A stretch of 64,000 nt of DNA from Candidatus Saccharimonadota bacterium (GTDB lineage: Bacteria > Patescibacteriota > Saccharimonadia > Saccharimonadales > DTSZ01). Below, in pieces: positions 17,401-24,780 of this stretch. Position numbers and translations under genes: made by a program. The stretch lies in NCBI GenBank assembly GCA_012965045.1, contig DTSZ01000001.1, positions 748,024 to 812,023 of the forward strand, given 5' to 3'. The notes below the pieces were generated by a model. The model was not told where the DNA came from, ran no database searches, and was given only the letters and a program-made list of their open reading frames with translations. Every line of letters begins with the position of its first letter. Position 1 is the first letter of the stretch.

Positions 17401-18890
17401 GTGACAGCACATGGCAAGCTCGTGATTTAACTGCTCAAGGTATTGCCGACAATGCTGTTGTAGAGGTGATAGCAGCGAATGGGGACACTAATACAGAAAA
17501 TGAATTTGGTTCAAGGACAAATGGTTCGGCGCTAAACCGTATTATAGATTTGGTAGAAGCAGAATCCGGTGGCTCTGAGCTGTGGCGCAATCATGTTCCC
17601 ACCGATACAAGTGGAGGCATTCAGCTGTATCATGAGGATGTGAGTGACACGCCCGTTACTTTTCATATGACAGGTGTTTGGACACCAAATATTGAGCCTG
17701 ACGACCCGGTTAATCTCGATCAACAAGAAACAGATACTACATCGATTCCACTTGGCAATTGGCTAGACACCACAACCGTAAAGTTTGAAGGTGATATTAG
17801 CGATGTGCACGATTATGAGGTATTAGAACTATGTATTGAGGCGCAATTACTCGGGGTTGACTTTACGGATGTCGAAACCGCCTGCTCCAGTGAATTTGCC
17901 TACAATGGCACGACTGTTACCGTCGATTTTAATATCGGCTTAGCCAGTGGCGACAACGAATATCATTGGCAAGCTGCAACCCGTGATTTGTATGGGGCGT
18001 ATTCTAACTGGGTGAGCTTTGGCGCCAATGCTGAAAACGAACGCGATGTTGGCATCGACACTACTCCCCCAGTGCCCGGTATTGTGTATGACGGAACTGC
18101 AACAAGTATTGACGCCGACTTTAATGACGGAGCGCTGGATAGTTTAAGCGCCAATTGGGCTGGCTATAACGCAGGCGGTTCTGGGTTGGATCGCTATGAA
18201 TTATCAATCGGTACATCACAAGGTGCAACAGACGTATTAACCTGGACAGATGTTGCTGCCGTAGAATCGTATACGGCCAATTCATTATCGCTACGAACCA
18301 CTCAAACCTACTACGTCAATGTGCGGGCCTTTGATATTTTTGAGCGCAGTGGGCAAGCCAGCTCCGACGGCATGTATGTAGCGCCAACGCTTAGTTTTGC
18401 GGTGAGCCCAACTAACGTAACCTTCGACAGCTTAAATCCAAGCAATAGCTTTACCGACACCGAAACAGTTAGCCTCACTACCTCGACTAACGCCTATAAT
18501 GGTTACAATATTCGTGCCTATACATTGGGCGTGTTGAACGCGGTTAGCAATCCCGACACTATTGGCTTCTTTAACGGCGGAACCTATGCTGCCCCCGACG
18601 GATGGTTGGCGAGTGATCGAGGCTGGGGCTATCATTCAGATGACTCGCTGGTTGATGGTGTGAACCGGTTTAATTCATCAACCTGTCTGGGTGGTAATCC
18701 GCAGCCATGTTTTGCCCCATTCAGCACCACAGCTCCGGGCGATATTATTGCTGACAACACCGGTCCGATAACAGCTACCCCAATTACCAACGAAATATTC
18801 ACCATTACCCAGCGGGTGGGCGTTGATCAGTTCCAAGTTGCAGACGAATATCAAGGCACAGTTATCTACACTGTGACCCCGAGGTATTAA
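11403..18890 (+). CDS. giant (2495 aa) N-terminally anchored surface protein/adhesin with several repeat families and a C-terminal WxL-like domain
   Basis: Single uninterrupted ORF with AGGAGA SD. N-terminal basic stretch plus TM (IVGAIALIVAVNAILGY); three internal triple-repeat families; an FN3-like module (DTTPPVPGIVYDG...YYVNVRAFD); a C-terminal domain homologous to the products of 19892 and 21162. Confidence 0.85.
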   Translation: MSKPKTKKHNHPVRHFLTAKLHVQQFAEPLSVRERIVGAIALIVAVNAILGYSGVATTQNVGDTRAVPAGSCGHDIGWDSSTKAGGLPSLDSTSGEADFTFENSAVLDPTTNGALTCGSFDFPPDSQLDPAIAVSFAVTQIPEVDEAVDEVEEEAEVQATDDTLQPPVEDPIEQNSNFTYDLSLLSQEVAETAVHVEPSDELPADSLAQLEISGDNGENWQAVYAFTSTQQSNFTNSNYVYISLPPSYLENTEKLQARVVGLSRADASTTLLVDSLFMTYEIGQQTNLSVVQIGENGDPLTIDEQLVSTSDSIVFEFTTQAQDDTLVDGVGSQLNGLFGQDDIQPSNVEIKTQIINSSGETIEDVETNISYKQKDTVGRDVWEVEVTAPAQFTPGEHTAHVSVSDTDGATQSIEQDFLWGVLAINTDKSAYTIGDNALLQLAVLNDNGEPVCDAEVTVGVYLNDTQTDSLSTKDNRLTVADSCSLYEDHIEADYSGKTQFSLPGTYELRVQATTRTGSYSIVEVIEVSDTQDYSVQRTGPTRIYPPLTYPMIIEVTTADGFSGTVVERVPRSFEIETIDFAENYKLVYTDDRYSYIEWDVTIAAGESKKLGYSFDAPDIAPEFFLAGPLEFKSTSDGQQPQLLHTEQRQWQIASDALADIAIYREATGADVIGTTVTNIDWDTTTTQGAPYSLQANTIDIDLADAGHYFVTYTLPTQTSSGSNRSEIQSWLRLNDSTDLAYGRGQGYIRRSGGADEGYNHGAAIIDVSAGDDIRLQAQRTDDNSATVERRANKSGINLVKLDDDWDYLRSRPTSDQTIGSTTSFETVTLATDDEIDSASFSRSGGTITIAEAGHYLVTFNIGVTHTDGGIRINDEARLTLDGTEIDGTRVSTYVRGTNSTNDGMLTWTGIIETTAANQDLVMEIRRESEVNPATHNTKAAESGIAIARLPDDGDYIRLGETGGGQDLSTSRTSITWDETLEEDTDSFDHDATNTERINIEANGDYLFFHSLYSARPEGNANREAQFFEWQANGLSLYEWGSSGQFNRGDQGAYDARTAGSSTGFVANSLTDTDYIELTQINETANATSTYQADRMGVQAVQLQSLIAPGTPIMSQTHFRWRDDTTDLNSSGGYLAAEDSNAISSIEKNTNYRLRIAAANTGTGVDTVARSYELQFGRITSSEATCSAITTWTGLNDSATDAFEIAETPYISPDGEATNPALLANSEAYTYVFGEGRESADTTGTIGPLNAATYTELEYSIEATDEAIPASQYCFRLFDANNTQALTSYVTFPTVTVASVAVPAGLGEAGTFTSAVDGGWTTVNFIDSYTTPVVVGNSNSHNGQAALVFEARNVTSTSADMRVCESEGSSSNGCDTHAAETVGYLVIDAAETGNYSGIEAGTFSVNGDFTTTTSSPTYVDTYSTAPYVFANVNTVNDTEVPIEVVVTTTSTTGFTAGICDHSQTNSDACDNHGSNETVGWVAIDPSNSPFDVTSDIGLVSIGNSTWTNVSFTSGFDDVPSVIVESQTDTGAQNVEINEARSVSVAGADVRFCEIDTLDSCDTHSADDVAWVAIEQDTFHNVALNQDTYRWYANANSTTPGAALSSENTAASGVADGGIVRLRMAVQAGTDIAVNDIDFTLQYGAGEDCSLIGSWTDVGGLGSGSIWRGYNNGSPADETTLPTSLLNGGGNQLQTYEEENDSATNPTAIATGQRGEWDWVLENNGATESTNYCFRMVGSGGDPIQYSRYAELITEAIPSSFYVERANQWTTGSTSTWQDINLSNAPYNVPANSAVEITIMNADASDSSTAGVRQNGSSLSRFTNLHEAEGGGFFGSQGNAVITMHVQTDATGVIEYYTDNPGETTFMLDGYWESGSYVEGWSNFTAGASNTWQDVDLSGFPYDVPVNRVIEIVGQNGEDGAENQIGVRRNNSSLSRIVDVQEAENPADSFTTVTFFTQADQNSLIEVFAEDNSNVNFYYAGYWDIPPGYYNELATTITNPTSDSTWQARDLTAQGIADNAVVEVIAANGDTNTENEFGSRTNGSALNRIIDLVEAESGGSELWRNHVPTDTSGGIQLYHEDVSDTPVTFHMTGVWTPNIEPDDPVNLDQQETDTTSIPLGNWLDTTTVKFEGDISDVHDYEVLELCIEAQLLGVDFTDVETACSSEFAYNGTTVTVDFNIGLASGDNEYHWQAATRDLYGAYSNWVSFGANAENERDVGIDTTPPVPGIVYDGTATSIDADFNDGALDSLSANWAGYNAGGSGLDRYELSIGTSQGATDVLTWTDVAAVESYTANSLSLRTTQTYYVNVRAFDIFERSGQASSDGMYVAPTLSFAVSPTNVTFDSLNPSNSFTDTETVSLTTSTNAYNGYNIRAYTLGVLNAVSNPDTIGFFNGGTYAAPDGWLASDRGWGYHSDDSLVDGVNRFNSSTCLGGNPQPCFAPFSTTAPGDIIADNTGPITATPITNEIFTITQRVGVDQFQVADEYQGTVIYTVTPRY
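13375..14715 (+). repeat. three tandem ~147-aa protein repeats inside the giant ORF (borders approximate)
   Basis: Units carry AGHYFVTYTL / AGHYLVTFNI / NGDYLFFHSL and end LVKLDDDWDYLR / IARLPDDGDYIRL / GVQAVQLQSL. Confidence 0.5.
15340..16125 (+). repeat. three tandem H-type-lectin-like repeats inside the giant ORF
   Basis: GWTTVNFIDSYTTPVVVG...RNVTSTSADMRVCE...CDTHAAETVGYLVIDA; PTYVDTYSTAPYVFANVNT...TTGFTAGICD...CDNHGSNETVGWVAID; TWTNVSFTSGFDDVPSVIVESQ...VAGADVRFCE...CDTHSADDVAWVAIE. Confidence 0.4.
16690..17700 (+). repeat. three tandem ~115-aa repeats of unknown type inside the giant ORF
   Basis: TWQDINLSNAPYNVPANSAVEITIMNAD..VRQNGSSLSRFTNLHEAEGGG; TWQDVDLSGFPYDVPVNRVIEIVGQNGE..VRRNNSSLSRIVDVQEAENP; TWQARDLTAQGIADNAVVEVIAANGD..SRTNGSALNRIIDLVEAESGG. 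Confidence 0.55.
18385..18887 (+). other. C-terminal ~165-aa WxL-like domain of the giant protein, shared with the two ~350-aa paralogs
   Basis: PTLSFAVSP..TNAYNGYNIRAY..GTYAAPDGW..WGYHSDD..FAPF..YQGTVIYTVTPRY* aligns with PTLSFDIQP..TNASSGYNVYLRY..GTYASPSAF..FGFHTDD..FAAF..YNSTLIYTAVATY*. Confidence 0.6.
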
Positions 18891-19792
18891 TGAGTAAGCA
18901 TTTATTAATTGCACTATTAGTTAGCTGGGGCGGACTGTTGCTGCTTTCTTTCACTGCCTCGGCACAGTCGCAGACAACACTGTCGCTAGCTCCGGCCATT
19001 ACAGAAATTGCTCTACAGCCAGCCCAATCAGCACAAGCTACACTACGACTAACTAACCAAACCGATGATCAGCTGGTAATTAGCACCAGCAGCCAGTCGT
19101 TAATTCCAGACGACATGGTAATTGATTCATCGAAACGAACCCAATACGATGCCGCAGAGTGGATTAGCCTGGTGCAAGGTGATTACATTTTAGATCCGTT
19201 TGAAACTCGGGAAGTCAAAGTAGACATTGTGGTTCCCGACAATGCTGGCCCTGGCGGACATTACGCAACAATTCGTTTTAAGCCGGTTACGCCGCCGGCG
19301 GCTGACCAACAAATAAAAGTTGAGTCCGAAGTTGCCGCACTTTTGTTTATTAACGTTGCTGGAGATATTCAAGAAAATATTGAATTTTTGGACATCGACA
19401 CCCCTGCGTACGCAACGCGCGGTCTGCTGCCGATTAGTTTTCGACTCGCTAATATTGGCAATACTCACAGTCTGGTTAAAAACACCCTAACCATAAAAAA
19501 GGGCGACAGCGTTGTATATGAAGAAGATATTAAGCCGCAAATTGTATTACCAAACACTATTCGTACTTTTGAGTCTGGCTGGGAGGCTGCCGGCTTTGGC
19601 AGCTACTCCGTGCAAGTGGTAACCCAATTTGGGTCTGACAACTCAGTCGTAAGCTCGTCTGGCGCCACAGTGTTTATCGGCCCGCCGTTGCTGCCGTTGG
19701 CTATTGGATCTGTCGTTGTGATCGTCCTTGTTAGTATTATCGTGACCAAAAGAACCCTCAGCAGCAAACATCGACCAAAAACTACGACATAA
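18890..19792 (+). CDS. DUF916/DUF3324-like (WxL-interacting-protein-like) surface protein with C-terminal TM anchor, copy 1
   Basis: 300 aa. ATG overlaps the giant gene's stop (TAATG). Signal peptide ...FTASA; LSLAPAITEIALQP..TLRLTN; VPDNAGPGGHYATIRF; VAALLFINVAGDI; C-terminal TM LLPLAIGSVVVIVLVSIIV followed by a KR-rich tail. Confidence 0.55.
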   Translation: MSKHLLIALLVSWGGLLLLSFTASAQSQTTLSLAPAITEIALQPAQSAQATLRLTNQTDDQLVISTSSQSLIPDDMVIDSSKRTQYDAAEWISLVQGDYILDPFETREVKVDIVVPDNAGPGGHYATIRFKPVTPPAADQQIKVESEVAALLFINVAGDIQENIEFLDIDTPAYATRGLLPISFRLANIGNTHSLVKNTLTIKKGDSVVYEEDIKPQIVLPNTIRTFESGWEAAGFGSYSVQVVTQFGSDNSVVSSSGATVFIGPPLLPLAIGSVVVIVLVSIIVTKRTLSSKHRPKTTT

Positions 19793-19795
19793 ACA

Positions 19796-19824
19796 TTGAA
19801 ATTATGTCGAGCTTATGCTATAAA
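19796..19824 (+). promoter_or_regulatory. sigma70 promoter with extended -10 for the first ~350-aa subunit gene
   Basis: TTGAAA (19796-19801), 17-nt spacer ending TGc, TATAAA (19819-19824); AAGGGGA SD before ATG 19892. Confidence 0.55.
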
Positions 19825-19891
19825 TTCACTATAGTTTTAAACATCAAAAACTAATAGCTATTATAAAAAACAAACAAAGGGGAAGATTATT

Positions 19892-20941
19892 ATGAATCTG
19901 ACTGCTATACAAACTAAGCGGGCTGCATGGCGAGCTGCCATGACCGCAACTGTATTTGGCATGGTGCTGAGTACTGTTGCCCCAGCACTTGCGGTACCAA
20001 CAGACGTATCGCTTGAGCTCGGCGATTCTCGGGTGGATGAAACAAGCACCTATGTACTTGATATGAGTACAGTAGACACTGGCACAAGCTTGCAGTGTAT
20101 CGAAATTGACCTTGGCGCAAATGCCGACGGTTCTGGTGCAGTGAGTGGCCTCGATACATCAAGTTCTACTTTTGATGCGTCTGACATTGTTACCTTTGGT
20201 AGCTGGTCAGTCGACAACACAGCTAGCGCAGCTCACCAACTACGTATTACGAACGGCACTGGCGAGAACCCAAGTGCTACAGGTTCTATAACTTGGGGTG
20301 GTGTAACTAACGGCGATACAGCAGAAACAACCTACTACGCAGTTATGACAACCTATACTGACACTGGCTGTTCAACTGCTAACGAAACAACTACTGTTGC
20401 TTTCGTTTACACCAACGGCCAAGCCGTATCAGTAACGGTTGACCCAACACTGAGTTTTGACATTCAACCAGTTGCGTCGTCTACAGCTGTAGCTGGCACA
20501 ACTACAACAGCTACAACTACTGATGGTACTGTACCGTTCGGGTCAGTAACCTCTTCATCAAACGGTGTGGCTGCTCATGACTTACAAGTGGCAACCAACG
20601 CGTCGTCTGGGTATAACGTCTACCTTAGATACACCCAAGCTCTAACTAATGGTAGCGGTGACACAATTGACGATCACACAGGAACCTATGCTTCTCCATC
20701 AGCCTTCCCGGCTGCTGGAACCGAAGCCTTTGGCTTCCACACTGACGACACCGACGTTGCCGGTTTTGGGGCAAGTAACTTTGCAGCCTTTAAAACCAGT
20801 AACGAAATCGTTATGAGCCGAACAACTGCAACACCAAGTGCAGAAACAAACACTGTTGCGTATCAAGTAGGTATTTCTAACACCACAGAAAGTGGTACCT
20901 ACAACTCAACACTTATCTACACAGCTGTAGCTACCTACTAG
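19892..20941 (+). CDS. secreted beta-rich protein with C-terminal WxL-like domain (candidate surface-fibre/complex subunit, paralog A)
   Basis: 349 aa; signal peptide ...STVAPALA|VPTDVSLELGDSRV; Thr/Ser/Gly-rich with no Cys-rich or TM region; the C-terminal half is homologous to the giant protein's C-terminus; ends IYTAVATY*. Confidence 0.6.
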   Translation: MNLTAIQTKRAAWRAAMTATVFGMVLSTVAPALAVPTDVSLELGDSRVDETSTYVLDMSTVDTGTSLQCIEIDLGANADGSGAVSGLDTSSSTFDASDIVTFGSWSVDNTASAAHQLRITNGTGENPSATGSITWGGVTNGDTAETTYYAVMTTYTDTGCSTANETTTVAFVYTNGQAVSVTVDPTLSFDIQPVASSTAVAGTTTTATTTDGTVPFGSVTSSSNGVAAHDLQVATNASSGYNVYLRYTQALTNGSGDTIDDHTGTYASPSAFPAAGTEAFGFHTDDTDVAGFGASNFAAFKTSNEIVMSRTTATPSAETNTVAYQVGISNTTESGTYNSTLIYTAVATY

Positions 20942-20964
20942 TTATAGGTTAGATACCAAGCAAA

Positions 20965-20994
20965 AGCACCCAAATAGAACTGGGTGCTTTTTTG
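20965..20994 (+). terminator. intrinsic terminator after subunit paralog A
   Basis: AGCACCCAaatagaacTGGGTGCTtttttt. Confidence 0.75.
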
Positions 20995-21161
20995 GTATTT
21001 GGGTGTTTGAAGTGTCCGTTATGTATAACCAAAGTGCTAACCACGGGTTTTAGTGTTAAAATGGTGTTAAATTTTAAACATAAGCCTGTCTTATGTATGA
21101 CATAGGTGTTTATGTTGAAAATTTGGATATAAAAAGAAAATGATTAGAGAGAGGGAGAAAA

Positions 21162-22217
21162 TTGCGTATGCAAAAAACCAACCAATTATCAATCAATGCG
21201 CTTAAGGCTGTTGCCTTAGCAACGAGTGTGGTGGGCTTGTTGTTCGGTGTGTTCACGCCTGTAGCGGCAGCTCCGAGTGATGTGTCGCTTGAGCTTGGCG
21301 ATTCTAGAGTCGGTGAAACAAGTACATACATTATCGACATGTCAACGATCGATACCGGTACTAATCTAGAATGTATCGAAATCGATATGGGAACAAGTAT
21401 CGACGGCACGGGTTCAATCAGTGGCCTTGATACCTCAAGTTCTACATTTGATGCAACTGACTTAGTTACCTTTGGTAGCTGGTCTGTCGGCAACACTGCC
21501 AGCGCCGACCACAAGCTTCGTATAACCAATGGTGTTGGTGAAGCTCCAAGCGCTTCTGGTTCTATTACCTGGGGCGGAGTTACAAACGGTGACACGGCTG
21601 AAACAGCCTACTACGCTGTTATGTCAACCTACACCGACGCAGCATGTTCGACTACTCACGAAACATTTACAGTGGCTTTCATTTACACTGATGGCCAAAT
21701 TGTTTCTGCAACAGTCGACCCAACGCTAACCTTCGACATTCAACCAGTTGCTAGCTCACAAGCAGTTGCTGGTACTACTACAACAGTTTCAACAACTGAT
21801 GGTTCAATACCATTTGGTTCAATTACTGCTGTAGCGAACGGCGTAGCAGCGCATGACCTGCAAATCACTACTAACGCGTCATCTGGATACAACGTCTACC
21901 TTCGCTACACTCAACAGCTTACGAGTGCGGCAAGTGACACGATTGACGACCACACAGGAACCTATGCTTCCCCAACATCCTTCCCGGCTGCTGGTACAGA
22001 AGCCTTTGGTTTCCACACTGATGACGGTGATATAGCTGGTTTTGGTGCAAGTAACTTTGCGGCTTTTAAAACTAGTAACGAAGTCGTAATGACAAACACT
22101 GTCGCTGCAACATCTGCAGAGACAAACCGAGTTGGCTACCAAATTGGTATAGCCACCACAACTGAGAGCGGTACGTATACGACCACTCTTATTTACACAG
22201 CAGTCCCGACGTACTAA
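21162..22217 (+). CDS. secreted beta-rich protein with C-terminal WxL-like domain (paralog B)
   Basis: 351 aa, collinear with paralog A along the whole length (e.g. PSDVSLELGDSRVGETSTYIIDMSTIDTGTNLECIEIDMG vs PTDVSLELGDSRVDETSTYVLDMSTVDTGTSLQCIEIDLG). GAGGGAG SD; start TTG 21162 or ATG 21168. Confidence 0.6.
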   Translation: MRMQKTNQLSINALKAVALATSVVGLLFGVFTPVAAAPSDVSLELGDSRVGETSTYIIDMSTIDTGTNLECIEIDMGTSIDGTGSISGLDTSSSTFDATDLVTFGSWSVGNTASADHKLRITNGVGEAPSASGSITWGGVTNGDTAETAYYAVMSTYTDAACSTTHETFTVAFIYTDGQIVSATVDPTLTFDIQPVASSQAVAGTTTTVSTTDGSIPFGSITAVANGVAAHDLQITTNASSGYNVYLRYTQQLTSAASDTIDDHTGTYASPTSFPAAGTEAFGFHTDDGDIAGFGASNFAAFKTSNEVVMTNTVAATSAETNRVGYQIGIATTTESGTYTTTLIYTAVPTY

Positions 22218-22317
22218 CGCTGACGTAACGGCGTAGTACGCCTGACAACAAAGGTGGGCAATTTGCAAACTTGCTTACGCTTAAGGTAAACTTAATATAA
22301 AATTAACAGAGGTAAAT

Positions 22318-23382
22318 TTGCTTATGGTAACTACACTTCGTCGCTCGCTAGCTTTGCTTGGGCTAATCGCGGCAGTAACGCTCGTAGCGTTATTCAATCT
22401 ATCATCAACAAGCGCACAAGACGCAGAACCAGGAAATGCGCTGAGTATTTCCCCGTTCAAATTCGAACTTGACGCCAATCCTGGCGATTCAATCGAACGC
22501 ACAATTCGTGTAACTAACAATGCTGATGTGCAACAAGATATTTCAATCTTGGTTAAAAACTTCACTGCTGACGGTGAAGAAGGACAGGTTAATCTAACAG
22601 AAGACGCTACTTCGTACTCTATTGCAGAGTGGGTAACCGTCAACAAGTCTGAAAGTACAATTCCTGGCCGTACGTCAGAAACATACACGTTTACAATTGA
22701 CGTTCCAGAAAACGCTGAACCAGGCGGACACTTTGGATCAGTCGTATTTGCAACTGACCCAGTAGAGGTTGAAGGTGATCAGAGTGGTGCCACAGTAAGT
22801 GGTGAAATCGCTGCCCTTCTGCTCGTACGAATCGATGGTGACATCGAAGAAGAAATTAGTGTTGCATCTTTCGAAGCTGGTGTCGTTACAACCGACGCTA
22901 ACGACGATGAAGTATTCGACGAAAAATCTTCTTTCGAAAATGGTCCTGTGACATTTGAAACTCGTTTTAAAAACGACGGTAATGTTCACTTAGCTCCAAC
23001 CGGTACGATCACCATTAAGAACATGTTCGGTAGCGTAGTTGAAACACTGCAGCTTGAAGAGCAAAACGTTCTACCCGACGCCGTACGACGTTCACTCGCT
23101 GAATGGGACCCAGGTTTCTCAGTTGGAACATACACAGCTGAACTTGAGGCAACCTATGGTGAAAACAGTACAGTTATTACCGCAGAAACCTCATTCACTA
23201 TCTTCCCATGGAAGGTACTTGTGCCAGTATTCTTAGCAGTTGTTGCTGTTATCGTGGTACTTGTCAAAGGACGAGGACGAATCGCAAGTGCATTCAAAGC
23301 TCTTGAAGGTAAAAATACTGCTGACGCCCCTAAAAAGCCTGCAGCAAATAAAGACGACACTAGCAGCAAAGACAATAGCTAG
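22318..23382 (+). CDS. DUF916/DUF3324-like surface protein with C-terminal TM anchor, copy 2
   Basis: 354 aa; signal peptide; LSISPFKFELDANPGDSIERTIRVTN; VPENAEPGGHFGSVVFA; IAALLLVRIDGDI; TM VLVPVFLAVVAVIVVLV plus a basic/Lys-rich tail. Paralog of 18890. Confidence 0.55.
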   Translation: MLMVTTLRRSLALLGLIAAVTLVALFNLSSTSAQDAEPGNALSISPFKFELDANPGDSIERTIRVTNNADVQQDISILVKNFTADGEEGQVNLTEDATSYSIAEWVTVNKSESTIPGRTSETYTFTIDVPENAEPGGHFGSVVFATDPVEVEGDQSGATVSGEIAALLLVRIDGDIEEEISVASFEAGVVTTDANDDEVFDEKSSFENGPVTFETRFKNDGNVHLAPTGTITIKNMFGSVVETLQLEEQNVLPDAVRRSLAEWDPGFSVGTYTAELEATYGENSTVITAETSFTIFPWKVLVPVFLAVVAVIVVLVKGRGRIASAFKALEGKNTADAPKKPAANKDDTSSKDNS

Positions 23383-23399
23383 AAGTTGTTAGGATTAAG

Positions 23400-24764
23400 G
23401 TGTTTTTACATCGTACATCCGTAGTAAAAGTGTGCTATCTACTGGGTAGCACACTTTTTGCTATTGCCCTGTTTCTACTCGGAAGCAGCCACGTCCATGG
23501 GCAAACTACGCCTGTAGAACTGGTTGTTCCTGACACGGTACTCATTATTAGCGGTAAAACGGCGCCGAATTCCTTCGTAACCATTAAACGTGGCAAAGCT
23601 GTTATTAGCACCTTGCAGTCTGATTCCAATGGTGATTTTTCACAAAGTATTGGTGCTCAACCATTTGGGGCGCAGACGATATCGATTTTTTCACGCGATC
23701 AAGAAGGCGTGGCTACCGACACTGTGAGCCAAGCTATACACATAGAACCGCAAACCGACACCTATATAGACTTTTTCTTGCCACCAACACTTACGCTGAG
23801 TACTGCTAACATTCAAGAAGGTTCTGATCTAACCGTACGCGGCACGGGCTACCCAAACAGTACCGTCGAGATAAACATAGACAATAATTATTTCCTGCAG
23901 GTCAAAACCGATGCCTCAGGCAGATGGCAATCTGTAGTTAGTACCGACAACTTTTTTATTGGCAAGCACACAGTTAACGCTCTTGTAGTTGATTCAATCG
24001 GCTCGCAAAGCGCCCGAACATTATCTCGAGTATTTACTGTCTTTGGCGATCCTAATCCACCGCTAGAAGCAAAAATTCCCGTTATCACCAGCCCCTACGA
24101 CGGCCAGCGCTTTGGAACGCGCAATATTGTTGTAAGTGGTAGTGCGCAAGAAAATGTTCGAATCGAGCTTTTTAGCGACGGCGAACTTGTGGGATCGATT
24201 TTTAGTAATAGCCACGGGCGTTGGAGCATACCATTATCGCTGTACGGCTCAAGTGCTTCCCTACGGGCTCGTGAATGTGTCGGCGGTGTGTGTGGCCAGT
24301 TCTCGGACACTGTCGATATAACCTTTGTTGGCGATGCGCCGGCAGATGGACTGCGGCTATCGCTGAACGACTACAGTTTAACGACGCGCCTCAACGACAA
24401 ACTCAAGGTAAATGCCCGCATAAGTGACGGCAACGAACCGTATGAGCTGTACGTAGAGTGGGGCGACGGACTGTTTACTCGTCGCACCCAATTACAAGAA
24501 GGCGTAAATGTGCTCGATCATTCGTATTTCGATGTCGGCTACTATAACGCTACTATTACCGCGACCGACCAGGACGGAAATACTACTATCCAATTCTTCA
24601 CTGTTGAGGTGATACCGGCTGAAGGTGGCGTGATTGCAAATATATGGTGGGTGTTTCTAGCGGCTTTCTTAATCGTTTACAGTATCGAGCATTATTGGCG
24701 GACTCACTGGTATCACAAACGACGCAAAACAGAAGTAAAAGGGCCAAAACACATTCCTTTTTAA
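23400..24764 (+). CDS. surface protein with Ig-like repeats, a PKD domain and C-terminal TM anchor
   Basis: 454 aa. PKD-like YELYVEWGDGLFTRRTQ...HSYFDVGYYNATITATDQDGNTT; C-terminal TM WWVFLAAFLIVYSIEHYW. Start uncertain (GTG 23400 or GTG 23430) because a terminator-like hairpin sits in the first 60 nt. Confidence 0.6.
   Translation: MFLHRTSVVKVCYLLGSTLFAIALFLLGSSHVHGQTTPVELVVPDTVLIISGKTAPNSFVTIKRGKAVISTLQSDSNGDFSQSIGAQPFGAQTISIFSRDQEGVATDTVSQAIHIEPQTDTYIDFFLPPTLTLSTANIQEGSDLTVRGTGYPNSTVEINIDNNYFLQVKTDASGRWQSVVSTDNFFIGKHTVNALVVDSIGSQSARTLSRVFTVFGDPNPPLEAKIPVITSPYDGQRFGTRNIVVSGSAQENVRIELFSDGELVGSIFSNSHGRWSIPLSLYGSSASLRARECVGGVCGQFSDTVDITFVGDAPADGLRLSLNDYSLTTRLNDKLKVNARISDGNEPYELYVEWGDGLFTRRTQLQEGVNVLDHSYFDVGYYNATITATDQDGNTTIQFFTVEVIPAEGGVIANIWWVFLAAFLIVYSIEHYWRTHWYHKRRKTEVKGPKHIPF
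23426..23459 (+). terminator. perfect 12-bp hairpin plus U-run, 44 nt after the stop of 22318..23382 and inside the 5' end of the next ORF
   Basis: AAAAGTGTGCTAtctactgggTAGCACACTTTTt. Confidence 0.5.
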
Positions 24765-24780
24765 TTGGTATACTTGCTAT

